Source of the DNA: Escherichia coli
GTDB lineage: Bacteria > Pseudomonadota > Gammaproteobacteria > Enterobacterales > Enterobacteriaceae
Assembly: GCF_045037415.1 (NCBI RefSeq)
Contig: NZ_CP173438.1
Direction: 5' to 3' (one strand)
Length of the DNA stretch: 64,000 nucleotides
The translations under genes and the position numbers were made by a program. Positions 21,019-32,167 of this stretch are shown piece after piece. Below the pieces are notes generated by a model, which was given only the letters and a program-made list of their open reading frames with translations, was not told the DNA's origin and searched no databases. The first letter of the stretch is position 1. Every line of letters begins with the position of its first letter.

Positions 21019-22070
21019 AATTCCACACGCGTCCCTGTTTCCGCGGATTGATACAACGCCGCCACCAGTTGCTGGATGATGTACCCCTGCTCGGCGTCGG
21101 CTATCATCACGGGCTTGCCCTGTACGTGATTGATAAAGGCTTCCATGCTGCGCAAATGGCGGTTGTCGTCTGCCATTTCCCGTTGCATCAGCGTCATTAA
21201 TTCACCGTTGTTATCGGTGTAGATATGTGCCGGAAACAGCGTCGCACCGGCTTTATCACCACAAAAGCTGACATTCATAATCGACTGTTCGCGGATGTTG
21301 AGTGCAAATGACGTTTCCAGCCACAGAATGCCGCCGTTATGAAATTCAATGGTGCCAAACAGCGAATCTTCAACGCTGTAAGTTGCCGGGTCCCACTCGC
21401 CAAATTGACCACAGCTCTTTTGCGTGCCGATCTTTTGAAAGCTATGCGCATTCACGCTTTTCACCGCCGGAAAGCCCAGCACATACATCGCAGCATCCAG
21501 CATATGAATGCCGATGTCGATCAGCGGGCCACCACCCTGCAGTTCTTTATTGGTAAAGACACCCCAGCCGGGAACGCCGCTGCGACGCAGGGCGCGGGCG
21601 GTGGTAACGTAAATCTCTCCCAAAACGCCGTTGGTCACCTGTTCACGCAGCTGTTGCGTATCGAACGCAAAACGATGGTGAAAGTCGTAGGCCAGCACCT
21701 TGCCCTGTTTGCGCGCGGTATCGCACATTTCCCGCGCCTGTTCTGCCGTCATGGCGGGCGGTTTTTCGCACATCACATGGCAGCCCGCTTCAAGCGCCAT
21801 CAGGGTATGTTCGTAATGAAAACGGTTCGGTGAGCAGACGCTAACCACATCAGGTTTCACCGCCAGCAGCATGGCCTGCGGATCGTCCCACAAGGATGCA
21901 TTACCGTATTTTTCTGCCAGCGCCTGCGCCTGGGAAAGGCGGCTGTCACAGACGGCCACCAGTTCCAGATCGTTGCGGGTGCAGTAGTACGAAGCATGAA
22001 CCTTATCCGCCACCTGGCCTGCGCCGATTATCGCGACACGCAGCGGAGAGCTTGTCATTGCACTTTTCAC
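21015..22070 (-). CDS. ycjS: Gfo/Idh/MocA-family NAD-dependent sugar dehydrogenase YcjS
   Basis: 351-aa ORF; N-terminal Rossmann fold VAIIGAGQVA. Confidence 0.85.
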   Translation of the reverse strand: MKSAMTSSPLRVAIIGAGQVADKVHASYYCTRNDLELVAVCDSRLSQAQALAEKYGNASLWDDPQAMLLAVKPDVVSVCSPNRFHYEHTLMALEAGCHVMCEKPPAMTAEQAREMCDTARKQGKVLAYDFHHRFAFDTQQLREQVTNGVLGEIYVTTARALRRSGVPGWGVFTNKELQGGGPLIDIGIHMLDAAMYVLGFPAVKSVNAHSFQKIGTQKSCGQFGEWDPATYSVEDSLFGTIEFHNGGILWLETSFALNIREQSIMNVSFCGDKAGATLFPAHIYTDNNGELMTLMQREMADDNRHLRSMEAFINHVQGKPVMIADAEQGYIIQQLVAALYQSAETGTRVEL

Positions 22071-22079
22071 AAAGACCTC

Positions 22080-22868
22080 TTAGCAGGTGCGCAACCAGGC
22101 CAACGAATCACGGTACGCCTGGGCAGGAGCTTCTGCCCGGATACGCCCTTCATACACCACATAACCCTGATAGTTATCGGCGCGCAGCTGTTCAAACAGC
22201 GCGTGGAAATCGAGGGTGCCGCTGCCCGGCTGGTAACGATGGTTATCGGCAATATGCACATGACCGAGCAAGTCGCGGTGGTCATGCAGCGCCTGCGCCA
22301 GGTTATCTTCTTCGATGTTCATGTGATAGAAATCGCCGATAATCTGCACATGTTTAAGATCGTTTTCGACGATGTAACGGCGGGCATCGGCGAGAGTATT
22401 GATCATATGATCCTGATAACGGTTTAACGGTTCGAGATACACCACGGTTCCGGTACGCGCGGCGACCTGTTCCAGTACGCGCAGGGAATCACTCACCATT
22501 TTGCGGTCGCCGTCCAGGCTGCGCGGCGAGGTCATCGGCGGTAAACGGAAGGTAAACATGCCCCATGCAGCAGGAACGACGATACCTTTACCGCCCACTT
22601 CTGCCAGCGCTTCGAGAATGCGTTCGATCTGCTTTAAGCCATTAAGACGACGCTCTTCGATAAAATCACCAATCCAGCCGTCATAGCCGCCGCAGGCAGT
22701 GGTCACCGGTAAACCGGTTTCTTTGATCGCCGCTTTGACTTCTTCGATGTTGTTGACCAGCAGTTTGCCGTCAATCTCAAAACCATCGAAGCCCATCTCT
22801 TTGATGTAACGAAATTTCTCCAGAATATTTCCCGGAAAGAATGCCTGATTCTGTGTGCCTATTTTCAT
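22080..22868 (-). CDS. ycjR: Sugar-phosphate isomerase/epimerase (xylose-isomerase-like TIM barrel) YcjR
   Basis: ORF 22080..22997; start placed at MKIGTQNQAFF (ATG at 22866-22868) giving 262 aa. Confidence 0.85.
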   Translation of the reverse strand: MKIGTQNQAFFPGNILEKFRYIKEMGFDGFEIDGKLLVNNIEEVKAAIKETGLPVTTACGGYDGWIGDFIEERRLNGLKQIERILEALAEVGGKGIVVPAAWGMFTFRLPPMTSPRSLDGDRKMVSDSLRVLEQVAARTGTVVYLEPLNRYQDHMINTLADARRYIVENDLKHVQIIGDFYHMNIEEDNLAQALHDHRDLLGHVHIADNHRYQPGSGTLDFHALFEQLRADNYQGYVVYEGRIRAEAPAQAYRDSLAWLRTC

Positions 22869-22885
22869 TTTTTCATTCCTTTGAA

Positions 22886-23938
22886 TTAAAACGTAACGCC
22901 CATTTTGATGCTCTGTTCCGGATGCTGATCGACATACTGCATGTAGCTTTCCGGGCTGTTGGCAAAGGTCACTACCGGGTCGATTAAATCTTCGCAATTG
23001 AGATAACCGTTCATCAGCAGTTCCCAGCAGGTTTCTTCAATACGCTTACGGCTCCAGCGCGGATAATCCGGGTTCGGTTCGCTGCACGCGCGGGAGAAAA
23101 CAATTTTGGCGTTATTGAAATGCGCTTCGCGTCCGAGGTTAAAACCTTCAGCAAATGGTTTGGCAAACGCGACATAGGAGATGGTGCCGCCGTAGGCCAG
23201 ACCGCGGAGCGCCGACTGCAGCGCGTCGGCGTAGCCGCTGGTTTCGATAATCACATCGGCACCCTGCTTGCCGGTCAGCGTTTTGATCTCTTTACCTACG
23301 TCAGCGCCAATGGGGTTAAGACAGAAATCCGCACCGTGGCGACGGGCAATATCACAGCGATGAGCGATAGGATCGACACCAATCACCACCGACGCGCCAG
23401 CGCGTTTTGCCAGTTGAATGGCAATTTGACCAATCGTGCCAAGCCCTACCACCACCACAAAATCGCCCACGCGCACGTTGGCATCGCGCACGCCGCTCAT
23501 GGCAAACTGCGCCGGGTCGTAACAGACGGCGTTTTTCCAGGAGCTGCCTTGCGGCATTTTGCGCAGCTTGTAGTTATTCACTGCGTTAATGATGACCGTC
23601 TCGGAGAGCGGGCCGTAGCCGCATACGCTGTCGCCCACCGCGTAGTCGTTAACGTCGCTGCCGCACTCGATAATGTCGCCAACCACCATGTTGCCAAGCT
23701 GGAACTTGCCAAACTCAATGCCGCGCGGCGCATTTGCCGGACGCGGGCTGAACATCTGCCATTCACCGTTAAAGTCTTCATCGATAAACGGACTGGCAGC
23801 GCGGAAATCGACCACTTCCGTCCCGTGCTTCGGAGCGCCGAAACGCACGCGGATCTTCACTTCATTGGCTAAAATCGCCCGCTCTTCATACTCAACCAGC
23901 GCAGCTACACGCGGTGCTGTGGCTACTAACTTTTTCAT
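22886..23938 (-). CDS. ycjQ: Zinc-binding medium-chain alcohol/sugar dehydrogenase YcjQ
   Basis: 350-aa ORF; MDR-family NAD-binding GxGxxG (VVGLGTIGQ). Confidence 0.85.
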   Translation of the reverse strand: MKKLVATAPRVAALVEYEERAILANEVKIRVRFGAPKHGTEVVDFRAASPFIDEDFNGEWQMFSPRPANAPRGIEFGKFQLGNMVVGDIIECGSDVNDYAVGDSVCGYGPLSETVIINAVNNYKLRKMPQGSSWKNAVCYDPAQFAMSGVRDANVRVGDFVVVVGLGTIGQIAIQLAKRAGASVVIGVDPIAHRCDIARRHGADFCLNPIGADVGKEIKTLTGKQGADVIIETSGYADALQSALRGLAYGGTISYVAFAKPFAEGFNLGREAHFNNAKIVFSRACSEPNPDYPRWSRKRIEETCWELLMNGYLNCEDLIDPVVTFANSPESYMQYVDQHPEQSIKMGVTF

Positions 23939-23968
23939 GTAAAACTCCTTGTAAAGAAATTGGTCGCT

Positions 23969-24811
23969 TTAGCCCTTCACGCCACCAGCGGTCAAACCAC
24001 TCTTAATAAAACGTTCCGAAAGCGCATACATAATCACTACCGGTAGTGCGGTCACCAGCGAGGCCGCCATCATCCGTCCCCAGATGTAATCAGGCGTACT
24101 GAACAGCGCGTTCAGGCCCACAGGTAAGGTGAAATTGCTGGCGCTGGAAAGGAAAATCGACGCAAACAGATAGTCGTTCCACGCCACCATAAAGCAGTAG
24201 ACGAATACGGATATCAGCCCGGACATTGCCAGGGGCACGGTGATACGGAAGATAATTTGCAGACGATTGAGGCCATCCATCATTGCCGCTTCTTCGATTT
24301 CATCGGGGATGGTGTCGAAGTAGCTTTTCAGCATAAACACGGCGGTAGGCAGAGTTTGCGTCACCATGGTGATAATCAGCGCCATCTCGGTGTCGTAAAT
24401 GCCAAGTGCGGTGATGATTTTGAACAGCGGCACCACCAGCAAAATGCCGGAGAACATGTACACCGTGTAAAAGCTGGCGTTGATGGTCATTCGCCCTTTA
24501 AAGCGCAGGCGGGAAAGCGCGTAAGCCCCAAGAATGCCGAGAAATACCGCCACCACGGATGAAACCACCGACACCACCATGCTGTTACGGAAGTAGTCGA
24601 CAAACGGGAAAATCACCGGATTAAAAATGTCGACGTAATGCTCCAGCGTCCACTGCTGTGGCAGCAACGTAGGATGCAGCGAGATCGCCTCTTTTGCGCT
24701 CTTGAACGAGGTCATCAGCATCACAAAAAATGGAAACAGCGTGATGATGAGAAACAGCGCCAGCCCGCAGTAAAAACCGATTCGACTGAGTGTGCGTTTA
24801 TTTGTTGCCAT
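23969..24811 (-). CDS. ycjP: ABC sugar transporter permease YcjP
   Basis: 280-aa ORF; multiple TM helices and MalG-like EAA loop region. Confidence 0.85.
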   Translation of the reverse strand: MATNKRTLSRIGFYCGLALFLIITLFPFFVMLMTSFKSAKEAISLHPTLLPQQWTLEHYVDIFNPVIFPFVDYFRNSMVVSVVSSVVAVFLGILGAYALSRLRFKGRMTINASFYTVYMFSGILLVVPLFKIITALGIYDTEMALIITMVTQTLPTAVFMLKSYFDTIPDEIEEAAMMDGLNRLQIIFRITVPLAMSGLISVFVYCFMVAWNDYLFASIFLSSASNFTLPVGLNALFSTPDYIWGRMMAASLVTALPVVIMYALSERFIKSGLTAGGVKG

Positions 24812-25679
24812 TGAGGTTCACCCGTTTCCTGGTCAGCAGAATGACAGCGAAAATAATGATGAAAAGCACCACCGAGATCGCCGCCGCTTTCCCTAAGTCA
24901 TTAAAGGCAAAGGCGGTTTTGTAGAGATAGACACCGAGAATATCGACCTTGGTCGTCAGCAGATAAACATCCGCGAACATGTAGAACATCCAGATAGTGC
25001 GCAGGGTCACCACCGTCGCCAGAACCGGCATAATCGCGGGCAGCGTGACGATGCGAAACCGTTGCCAGGCATTCGCGCCATCCATCTCTGCCGCTTCGTA
25101 CAGCGATTTGTCGATGGTCTGCAAAATCGCCAGAAACGAGATAAAGGCATACGGGAAGTAGCGCCAGATGGCGAACAGCACCACCAGCACAAAACTACTG
25201 CCCGGGTTATCGAACCACAGCGGCGCCTGCTCATAGAGATGCAGAAGATCGACGCCGAGGTAGTTCACAATGCCGTAGCCGTTGTTGAACATGTATTTCC
25301 AGGCGAACACCAGCGAAATAGACGGCGTTACGTAGGAAAGGATCACCAGCGAACGCGCGGTTTTGCGCAGGCGGAACTCGCGGTTGAAAAACATCGCCAC
25401 GGCCAGCCCGAGCACGGTGCTGCCCGCCACCACAAGCGCGGTATACCAGACCGTCATCCACAGCGAGTGCCAGAAACCAGGATCGGAGAGAATGCGCACA
25501 TAGTTACTCACCCCAACAAACGTTGACTCGATGTTGGGATTAAGCGGCAGACGTAAAAAACTGATTTCGATATTCGACACCATCGGCCACGCCACCAGAC
25601 CGCCCAGCAGTAATAAGCTGGGCGCGAGAAGCAACAGCGCAAAGGGCATATCGGAACGACCTGAAAAAAGCCTGTTCAT
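24798..25679 (-). CDS. ycjO: ABC sugar transporter permease YcjO
   Basis: 293-aa ORF; MalF-like permease; 14-bp overlap with ycjP. Confidence 0.85.
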   Translation of the reverse strand: MNRLFSGRSDMPFALLLLAPSLLLLGGLVAWPMVSNIEISFLRLPLNPNIESTFVGVSNYVRILSDPGFWHSLWMTVWYTALVVAGSTVLGLAVAMFFNREFRLRKTARSLVILSYVTPSISLVFAWKYMFNNGYGIVNYLGVDLLHLYEQAPLWFDNPGSSFVLVVLFAIWRYFPYAFISFLAILQTIDKSLYEAAEMDGANAWQRFRIVTLPAIMPVLATVVTLRTIWMFYMFADVYLLTTKVDILGVYLYKTAFAFNDLGKAAAISVVLFIIIFAVILLTRKRVNLNGNK

Positions 25680-25699
25680 TGCGGATTCCTGTCCTGGGT

Positions 25700-26992
25700 T
25701 TAGCGCTGTTCGACCAACTCATCCAGCTTTTTCTGGCTCGCTTGCAGCGTGCCAGGGAGGTCGGCTTTACCCACGGTGACGTTATGCACCATTGAACTCA
25801 CCACACCAGACCCCGTCACATCACCCATGCGGGTAAAGTTTTTATCCCCTACTGCGCCAAAGACCTGAATATTTGGCAATTCGCTGATTAGCTGATTCGG
25901 CAATTCTCCCAGCGCCTTAATAACGTCGTTGTCTTTCCAGGTGGCGGTAGTGACAACCGCTTTGTTCACCGGCAGCGCCGCGCCTGGTGACATCATCACC
26001 CAGTCGGCAATGTTGTCCGCCTGCTCCATAAAGGTGACAAATTTTTCAGCCGCTTCGGTCTCTTCAGTCTTTTGCCCGGCGGTAATGGTCAGCGAGGTCA
26101 ACATGCCGTAGACCGCAGAATTTTTCTCGGTTGGCACCACGAAACCAACGTTTTTCGGATCGCCTTCTTTAATCACAGCCGGAAGGATATAGGTGGAGTA
26201 AATCGCCATCGGCGCGGTGCCGTTCATAAAAGCGTCTTTCACTTCCATGATGTCGTTAGAACCTGGCATGGTGTTGGCAGCAAGGTTGCGGTAATAGGTC
26301 AGCGCCTGCATCATCTCTGGTGTATCAAGGGTGATTTTGCCTTCGGCGTTAAAGACGTTAGCCTGATTGGATAACGCAAACTGGGAGAAAGACTGTTCCG
26401 TCAACACGCTTTCTGCTGTAGGCAGCGCAATACCGTATTTTTTATTCGCCGGGTCATTCAGTTTCTGTGCAACGTCCAGCAATTGCTGCCAGTTTTTTGG
26501 CTCCTCCAGCCCAGCTTTTGCCAGCACATCTTTGCGATACCAGATCCCGCCAATCCATGCGCTGACAGGAACACCGGTCCAGGCGCTGCCATCTTCGGTG
26601 CGCACAATCCGCAGTACGCCATCGTAGAACGCGCCTTCACCGACGTTGCTGATGACCGTGGCAACCGCTTTACGATCGATAAGCTGCTCTTTGTCCATCA
26701 CTTTGGCGTAGTCATGGCTGGTTTCGATCACTTCCGGCAGCGAACCGCTACGTGAAAGGGTAATGACTTTGGTGTTATAGGCGTCTTCTTCCACGGGCAC
26801 TTGTTTTACGGTGATACCTGGGTTTTCTTTTTCAAAACGGGCAATCAATTTGCTGATGACGGCCTGGCGCTCCTGCTCCACCGAAGAATGCATAAATTCG
26901 ATGGATACATTATTTTTATTTTCTTCTTTACAGCCTGAAATCAGGGCGCAGGAAACCAGTGCTGATAACAGCACGATTTTTGATTTAATCAT
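25700..26992 (-). CDS. ycjN: Periplasmic sugar-binding protein YcjN (ABC transporter)
   Basis: 430-aa ORF; lipoprotein-like signal (LISGC); SBP family 1. Confidence 0.85.
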   Translation of the reverse strand: MIKSKIVLLSALVSCALISGCKEENKNNVSIEFMHSSVEQERQAVISKLIARFEKENPGITVKQVPVEEDAYNTKVITLSRSGSLPEVIETSHDYAKVMDKEQLIDRKAVATVISNVGEGAFYDGVLRIVRTEDGSAWTGVPVSAWIGGIWYRKDVLAKAGLEEPKNWQQLLDVAQKLNDPANKKYGIALPTAESVLTEQSFSQFALSNQANVFNAEGKITLDTPEMMQALTYYRNLAANTMPGSNDIMEVKDAFMNGTAPMAIYSTYILPAVIKEGDPKNVGFVVPTEKNSAVYGMLTSLTITAGQKTEETEAAEKFVTFMEQADNIADWVMMSPGAALPVNKAVVTTATWKDNDVIKALGELPNQLISELPNIQVFGAVGDKNFTRMGDVTGSGVVSSMVHNVTVGKADLPGTLQASQKKLDELVEQR

Positions 26993-27005
26993 GAAATGTT
27001 CCTTT

Positions 27006-28685
27006 TTATTTAATCCACATAACCTGCCAGGGATGCAGTGTTATTTCATTACCCAATATATCAACTTCACTAATCAGATCCCGACCGTGCAGGTCAGTAA
27101 TATTTATATGCTGAATATTTTCGCTGACATTAAACAATCCCGTCAGGCAATCGCCATCCGCATTGCTTCTTTGAATTCGCATTACAAATGAATTAATTGC
27201 ATCGATGGTGAAATTATTATCCGGATGAAACTCTTTATGACTGCGACGAAGGGTAATTAAATGCGACAACTTATAATATACCGAATACCTTAATGTCGCT
27301 TTATTGTCCAGTTCTGTCGTTATCTCTTTACTAGAGTATTTTTTACGGTTAATCGCGCGATTATATCCAAGTTTTTCGACACCGGCGTAATCATTACGCG
27401 ACCCCAGAATGCTTTGAATATATATCGCTGGCACACCGGGGAAACTTAACAAAATCGCATGGGCGAGAATAAACCTGGCACACCGTTCTTCGTCGCTACA
27501 CTCACGGCGGCTCAACGCATCCATATAGGTGACATTCATTTCATAGGGGCTACGCGTACCGTCGGGATTATTTTTCCAGTTTACTAATGCCCCTTCCTGC
27601 TGTAACACCTCGACCAGCGCTAATATTTCGTTTTCGGGTAACAACCCCCGCAGTGGGTTAAGCCCGATGCCATCGTGAGAGGCAAGGAAGTTAAACCAGG
27701 TGGTGTTGCTGGAAGGTAGTGTCAGGTTTTGCGCCCACGCACAAAGTGCCTCAACGTTCTGTTTTTGCACCGCATGCAGCACCAGCGGCGGCAGCGAGAA
27801 CTGGTACACCATATGCGCTTCGTCATCGCCTTCGCCAAAGTAAGCAATGTTGTCTTTATGCGGAACATTGGTCTCGGTAATGATCACTGTGCCTGGCGCG
27901 ACGTTATCAATAATCGAACGTAACAGTTTGATAATCAGATGTGTTTTTTCCAGATGGATGCAGTTTGTTCCCGGCTCTTTCCACATAAAGCCAACGGCAT
28001 CCAGACGGACATACTCTGCGCCCTTTTCCAGGTAGCACAGCAATACATCCACCATCGCCAGCAACACTTCAGGGCTACGGTAATTGAGGTCAATTTGATC
28101 GTCGCTAAAGGTGGTCCATAAATGACGCGTTGAATGATCGCGCATCTGGAATGGCGTTAATAACGGTAACGCACGCGGGCGAGTGACGGCGCTGAGATCG
28201 GTTTTCGGATCAACGGTAATAAAAAAATCTTCAAAACCTGGCTGCTGTTGTAAATAGTTTTTAAACCATTCACTTTTTGCCGACATATGGTTGCAGACAA
28301 AATCAAACATTAAATGGCTGCATTCACCGAGTTGCTGAATATCCTGCCACTCCCCCGCTTCACTGGCGACCTGATGATAATCAATTACCGAAAATCCATC
28401 ATCAGATGACCATGGATAAAAAGGTAATAAATGAACATGTGAAAAAATTCTTTGCAGCCATTGAGGGTAAAACTGATTAAATGTGGGTAGTGGCTTTAAA
28501 TCATTACTGTGAAATTGATCGGCATAGGTAATTAACACGACATCACTTTCATCCCAGTGTTTTTTACGTCGCTGTGTAATTAATCGTTTCGCACTCTCAA
28601 GACGCGTTACAAGTTTCTGTAAATGAGTCGCGGTAAATGTTCCACCGTAGATTTCGTCCAGGTAATCCGTAATTTTCTGTTGCAT
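27006..28685 (-). CDS. ycjM: GH13 sucrose-phosphorylase-like enzyme YcjM (reported glucosylglycerate phosphorylase)
   Basis: ORF 27006..28712; start placed at MQQKITDYL (ATG at 28683-28685) giving 559 aa. Confidence 0.85.
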   Translation of the reverse strand: MQQKITDYLDEIYGGTFTATHLQKLVTRLESAKRLITQRRKKHWDESDVVLITYADQFHSNDLKPLPTFNQFYPQWLQRIFSHVHLLPFYPWSSDDGFSVIDYHQVASEAGEWQDIQQLGECSHLMFDFVCNHMSAKSEWFKNYLQQQPGFEDFFITVDPKTDLSAVTRPRALPLLTPFQMRDHSTRHLWTTFSDDQIDLNYRSPEVLLAMVDVLLCYLEKGAEYVRLDAVGFMWKEPGTNCIHLEKTHLIIKLLRSIIDNVAPGTVIITETNVPHKDNIAYFGEGDDEAHMVYQFSLPPLVLHAVQKQNVEALCAWAQNLTLPSSNTTWFNFLASHDGIGLNPLRGLLPENEILALVEVLQQEGALVNWKNNPDGTRSPYEMNVTYMDALSRRECSDEERCARFILAHAILLSFPGVPAIYIQSILGSRNDYAGVEKLGYNRAINRKKYSSKEITTELDNKATLRYSVYYKLSHLITLRRSHKEFHPDNNFTIDAINSFVMRIQRSNADGDCLTGLFNVSENIQHINITDLHGRDLISEVDILGNEITLHPWQVMWIK

Positions 28686-28695
28686 GTTGCCTTTC

Positions 28696-28712
28696 CGTGG
28701 TAGCGGTCCCAT
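28696..28712. promoter_or_regulatory. Candidate YcjW (LacI-family) operator in the ycjM leader
   Basis: CGTGGTAGCGGTCCCAT about 10-27 bp upstream of the ycjM start codon; twin of 18769..18785. Confidence 0.6.
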
Positions 28713-28856
28713 GAAGCGAGAGACTACTCCGCATAAAATAAACTGTCAATTGAGCTCAAGGGGTTTAGTCACGCAGGAAATCTTTTTTTACCTGGGAAAA
28801 AGCGTATTTGTGAGCTGACGCAAATAATCTATGGGGATGTAAATAAGGTGTGACAG

Positions 28857-28878
28857 AAAAAAACGGCGCATAAGCGCC
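28857..28878 (-). terminator. Rho-independent terminator downstream of pspE
   Basis: Minus strand: GGCGC-TTAT-GCGCC hairpin followed by TTTTTTT. Confidence 0.7.
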
Positions 28879-28895
28879 GCTCATGGTGAATTCTT

Positions 28896-29210
28896 TTAAC
28901 CTTTGACCTTCGGCATTGCGATGTCTTTCAGGCCACCGGCGTTCTCAACGTGGGTATATCCCATCTCGCTAAGGATCTCTTTTGCCTGCCCTGACTGGCG
29001 TCCGGCATTGCAATACACTTTCACGGTGTCGTTTTTATCCGGAACGGCGGTAGCAATGCGCTCTTTCACTTCCTTCAGGGGAATATTGATGGCCCCCTGA
29101 ACGTGCTCTTGCTGATACTGCTCTGGAACACGAACATCGATCCAGTGTTCAGCGGCGAAAACGGGCAGTGAAAACACCAGTGTCAGAGCAAGTAAGCCTT
29201 TTTTAAACAT
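28896..29210 (-). CDS. pspE: Periplasmic rhodanese (thiosulfate sulfurtransferase) PspE
   Basis: 104-aa ORF with signal peptide and rhodanese active-site region (VKVYCNAGRQS). Confidence 0.95.
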   Translation of the reverse strand: MFKKGLLALTLVFSLPVFAAEHWIDVRVPEQYQQEHVQGAINIPLKEVKERIATAVPDKNDTVKVYCNAGRQSGQAKEILSEMGYTHVENAGGLKDIAMPKVKG

Positions 29211-29284
29211 GTAAGCGTCCTTCTATGGATGAAAATTGCTATCCATTATACGCCTGAGATTTAACCATTTTTGCGAAACTCCCC

Positions 29285-29506
29285 TCACCTTTTATAACGC
29301 TGCGCCAGTTTATTGGCAGCCCGACTTAACAGCGGTTCCAGCGCCACAGCCAGCAACATTTTCAGCGGTCGGCGAGCAACTGATTTTATCGCCCAGCCCG
29401 CCACACCCGCCGGGCCATAGCGCAGTGCGGTAAGAAGTACCAGCTTGCCTGCTAATTTGAACCCAGGCTTCACCTTTTGCCCGGCCTGTTGCCAGCGAGT
29501 ATTCAT
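29285..29506 (-). CDS. pspD: Phage shock protein D
   Basis: ORF 29285..29518; start placed at [10 protein letters not shown] giving 73 aa. Confidence 0.85.
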
Positions 29507-29514
29507 AACTTTCC

Positions 29515-29874
29515 TCACAGTTGACGGAAACGGCTACGCAGCGTGAAAGTGTCGGAAGTGACATAACGTTCCATCTCGCGTAAACGCGTTTCACTTGCCG
29601 CCAGTTCACGGTCGACTTCATCCAGCAATTCGCTGCTGGAAGGTAGCTGCTCACCAAAGGCCATGTTGTCCGGCATTGGATCAAGCGCAAATGACAAAAT
29701 GATGTAAGCAACCAGGGTAAACAGCGCCAGACCGAAGAAAATCGACAGCACCACCAGGATACGCACCAGTTTTACTGGTACATCAAAATAGTTGGCAATC
29801 CCGGCGCAGACGCCACGGACCATGCCCTGCTGCGGAATACGCCATAATTTTTTATTGAGATTAATGCCCGCCAT
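29515..29874 (-). CDS. pspC: Phage shock protein C
   Basis: 119-aa ORF; PspC domain with one TM helix. Confidence 0.9.
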
Positions 29875-30098
29875 TAGCGATCCCTCCAGTTCGGATGTTC
29901 TGCATCAAGAATGGATTCCAGCGCCTGAATACGCTCGCGCATCCGTTTTGCTTCATCAGCCAGTTGCGCTAATCGCTGCTGCTCACTTTGTGACAATTCA
30001 CTGCGACCGGAACGATTGCTGTAATGCAGCCATAACCAGATCGGTAAAACAAACAGCACAAAAATGGTTAACGGAATAGCCAGAAATAGCGCGCTCAT
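29874..30098 (-). CDS. pspB: Phage shock protein B
   Basis: 74-aa ORF; N-terminal TM helix; 1-nt overlap with the pspC start. Confidence 0.9.
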   Translation of the reverse strand: MSALFLAIPLTIFVLFVLPIWLWLHYSNRSGRSELSQSEQQRLAQLADEAKRMRERIQALESILDAEHPNWRDR

Positions 30099-30151
30099 AA
30101 GTACTCCTTAGACGATGAGCGGCGGCGCGTTCGGACGCCGCCTGGATGTTA

Positions 30152-30892
<741 letters not shown>

Positions 30893-30986
30893 TTATCTTT
30901 TTGATTTATAAAGATCTGATTGAAGAATCAACAGCAACATGCCAGGATGAATTAGCGAATTACACTAACAAGTGGCGAATTTCATC

Positions 30987-31964
30987 ATGGCAGAATACAA
31001 AGATAATTTACTCGGTGAGGCGAACAGCTTTCTCGAAGTGCTGGAACAGGTTTCGCATCTCGCACCGCTGGACAAACCGGTGCTCATCATCGGCGAGCGC
31101 GGCACCGGTAAAGAGCTGATTGCCAGCCGTCTGCATTATCTCTCCTCCCGTTGGCAAGGGCCGTTTATTTCCCTTAACTGCGCGGCGTTAAATGAAAATT
31201 TGCTGGATTCCGAACTGTTTGGTCACGAAGCGGGGGCGTTTACCGGTGCGCAAAAACGTCATCCAGGGAGATTTGAACGTGCCGACGGCGGTACGCTATT
31301 TCTTGATGAACTCGCTACGGCACCGATGATGGTGCAGGAAAAATTATTGCGTGTGATTGAGTACGGTGAACTGGAGCGCGTCGGCGGCAGCCAGCCATTG
31401 CAGGTGAATGTGCGGTTGGTATGCGCGACGAATGCCGATCTCCCGGCAATGGTCAATGAAGGGACTTTTCGCGCTGACCTGCTCGACCGACTAGCGTTCG
31501 ATGTTGTGCAACTGCCGCCACTACGCGAACGTGAAAGCGACATTATGTTGATGGCAGAACACTTTGCCATCCAGATGTGTCGGGAAATCAAGCTGCCTCT
31601 GTTCCCGGGTTTTACCGAGCACGCCAGAGAAACATTGCTGAATTATCGCTGGCCGGGAAATATACGTGAATTGAAAAACGTGGTGGAACGTTCAGTGTAT
31701 CGCCACGGCACCAGCGATTATCCGCTTGATGACATCATTATTGATCCCTTTAAACGCCGTCCATCTGAAGAAGCCATCGCCGTTTCAGAAAACACCTCGC
31801 TTCCGACGCTGCCGCTGGATTTACGCGAGTTTCAGATGCAGCAGGAAAAAGAACTGCTTCAGGTCAGCTTGGAACAAGGGAAGTATAACCAGAAGCGCGC
31901 CGCTGAATTGCTGGGGTTAACCTATCATCAGTTCCGCGCGTTGCTGAAAAAGCACCAGCTTTAG
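30987..31964 (+). CDS. pspF: PspF, sigma54-dependent enhancer-binding activator of the psp operon
   Basis: ORF 30972..31964; start placed at MAEYKDNLLG giving 325 aa; AAA+ Walker A GERGTGKE, GAFTGA motif, C-terminal HTH. Confidence 0.95.
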   Translation: MAEYKDNLLGEANSFLEVLEQVSHLAPLDKPVLIIGERGTGKELIASRLHYLSSRWQGPFISLNCAALNENLLDSELFGHEAGAFTGAQKRHPGRFERADGGTLFLDELATAPMMVQEKLLRVIEYGELERVGGSQPLQVNVRLVCATNADLPAMVNEGTFRADLLDRLAFDVVQLPPLRERESDIMLMAEHFAIQMCREIKLPLFPGFTEHARETLLNYRWPGNIRELKNVVERSVYRHGTSDYPLDDIIIDPFKRRPSEEAIAVSENTSLPTLPLDLREFQMQQEKELLQVSLEQGKYNQKRAAELLGLTYHQFRALLKKHQL

Positions 31965-31983
31965 CATTTCGACAATGCAACTT

Positions 31984-32065
31984 GCCGGGTGTGCCGTGAA
32001 CGCCTTATCAGGCCTACAAAATCAATACGTCGTTTGCAGGCCTGATAAGCGCTGCGCATCAGGCA
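31984..32065. repeat. REP/BIME-like palindromic elements downstream of pspF
   Basis: GCCGGGTGTGCCGTGAACGCCTTATCAGGCCTAC ... GCAGGCCTGATAAGCGCTGCGCATCAGGC, typical REP consensus pieces in inverted orientation. Confidence 0.7.
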
Positions 32066-32095
32066 TTATTGCGTTAACCCTGCTTCTGCGTATTA

Positions 32096-32167
32096 ATCTC
32101 TCAGCGCATCCTGCAAAATTTTCATTGCCGCATCGAATTGCGCAACCGGGATGGTATGGGCTTCGTT
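32096..32167 (-). pseudogene. Possible 3'-terminal remnant of a class-III aminotransferase gene (puuE/gabT-like)
   Basis: Minus-strand frame ends ...[24 protein letters not shown] followed by stop TAA at 32093-32095; resembles GabT-type C-termini (TIxDAQ.....I); no upstream ORF. Confidence 0.3.

Noticed and set aside
23120-23872. 250-aa plus-strand ORF inside ycjQ
   Set aside because: Antisense shadow ORF of a dehydrogenase gene; odd Arg/Ala/His-rich composition, no SD
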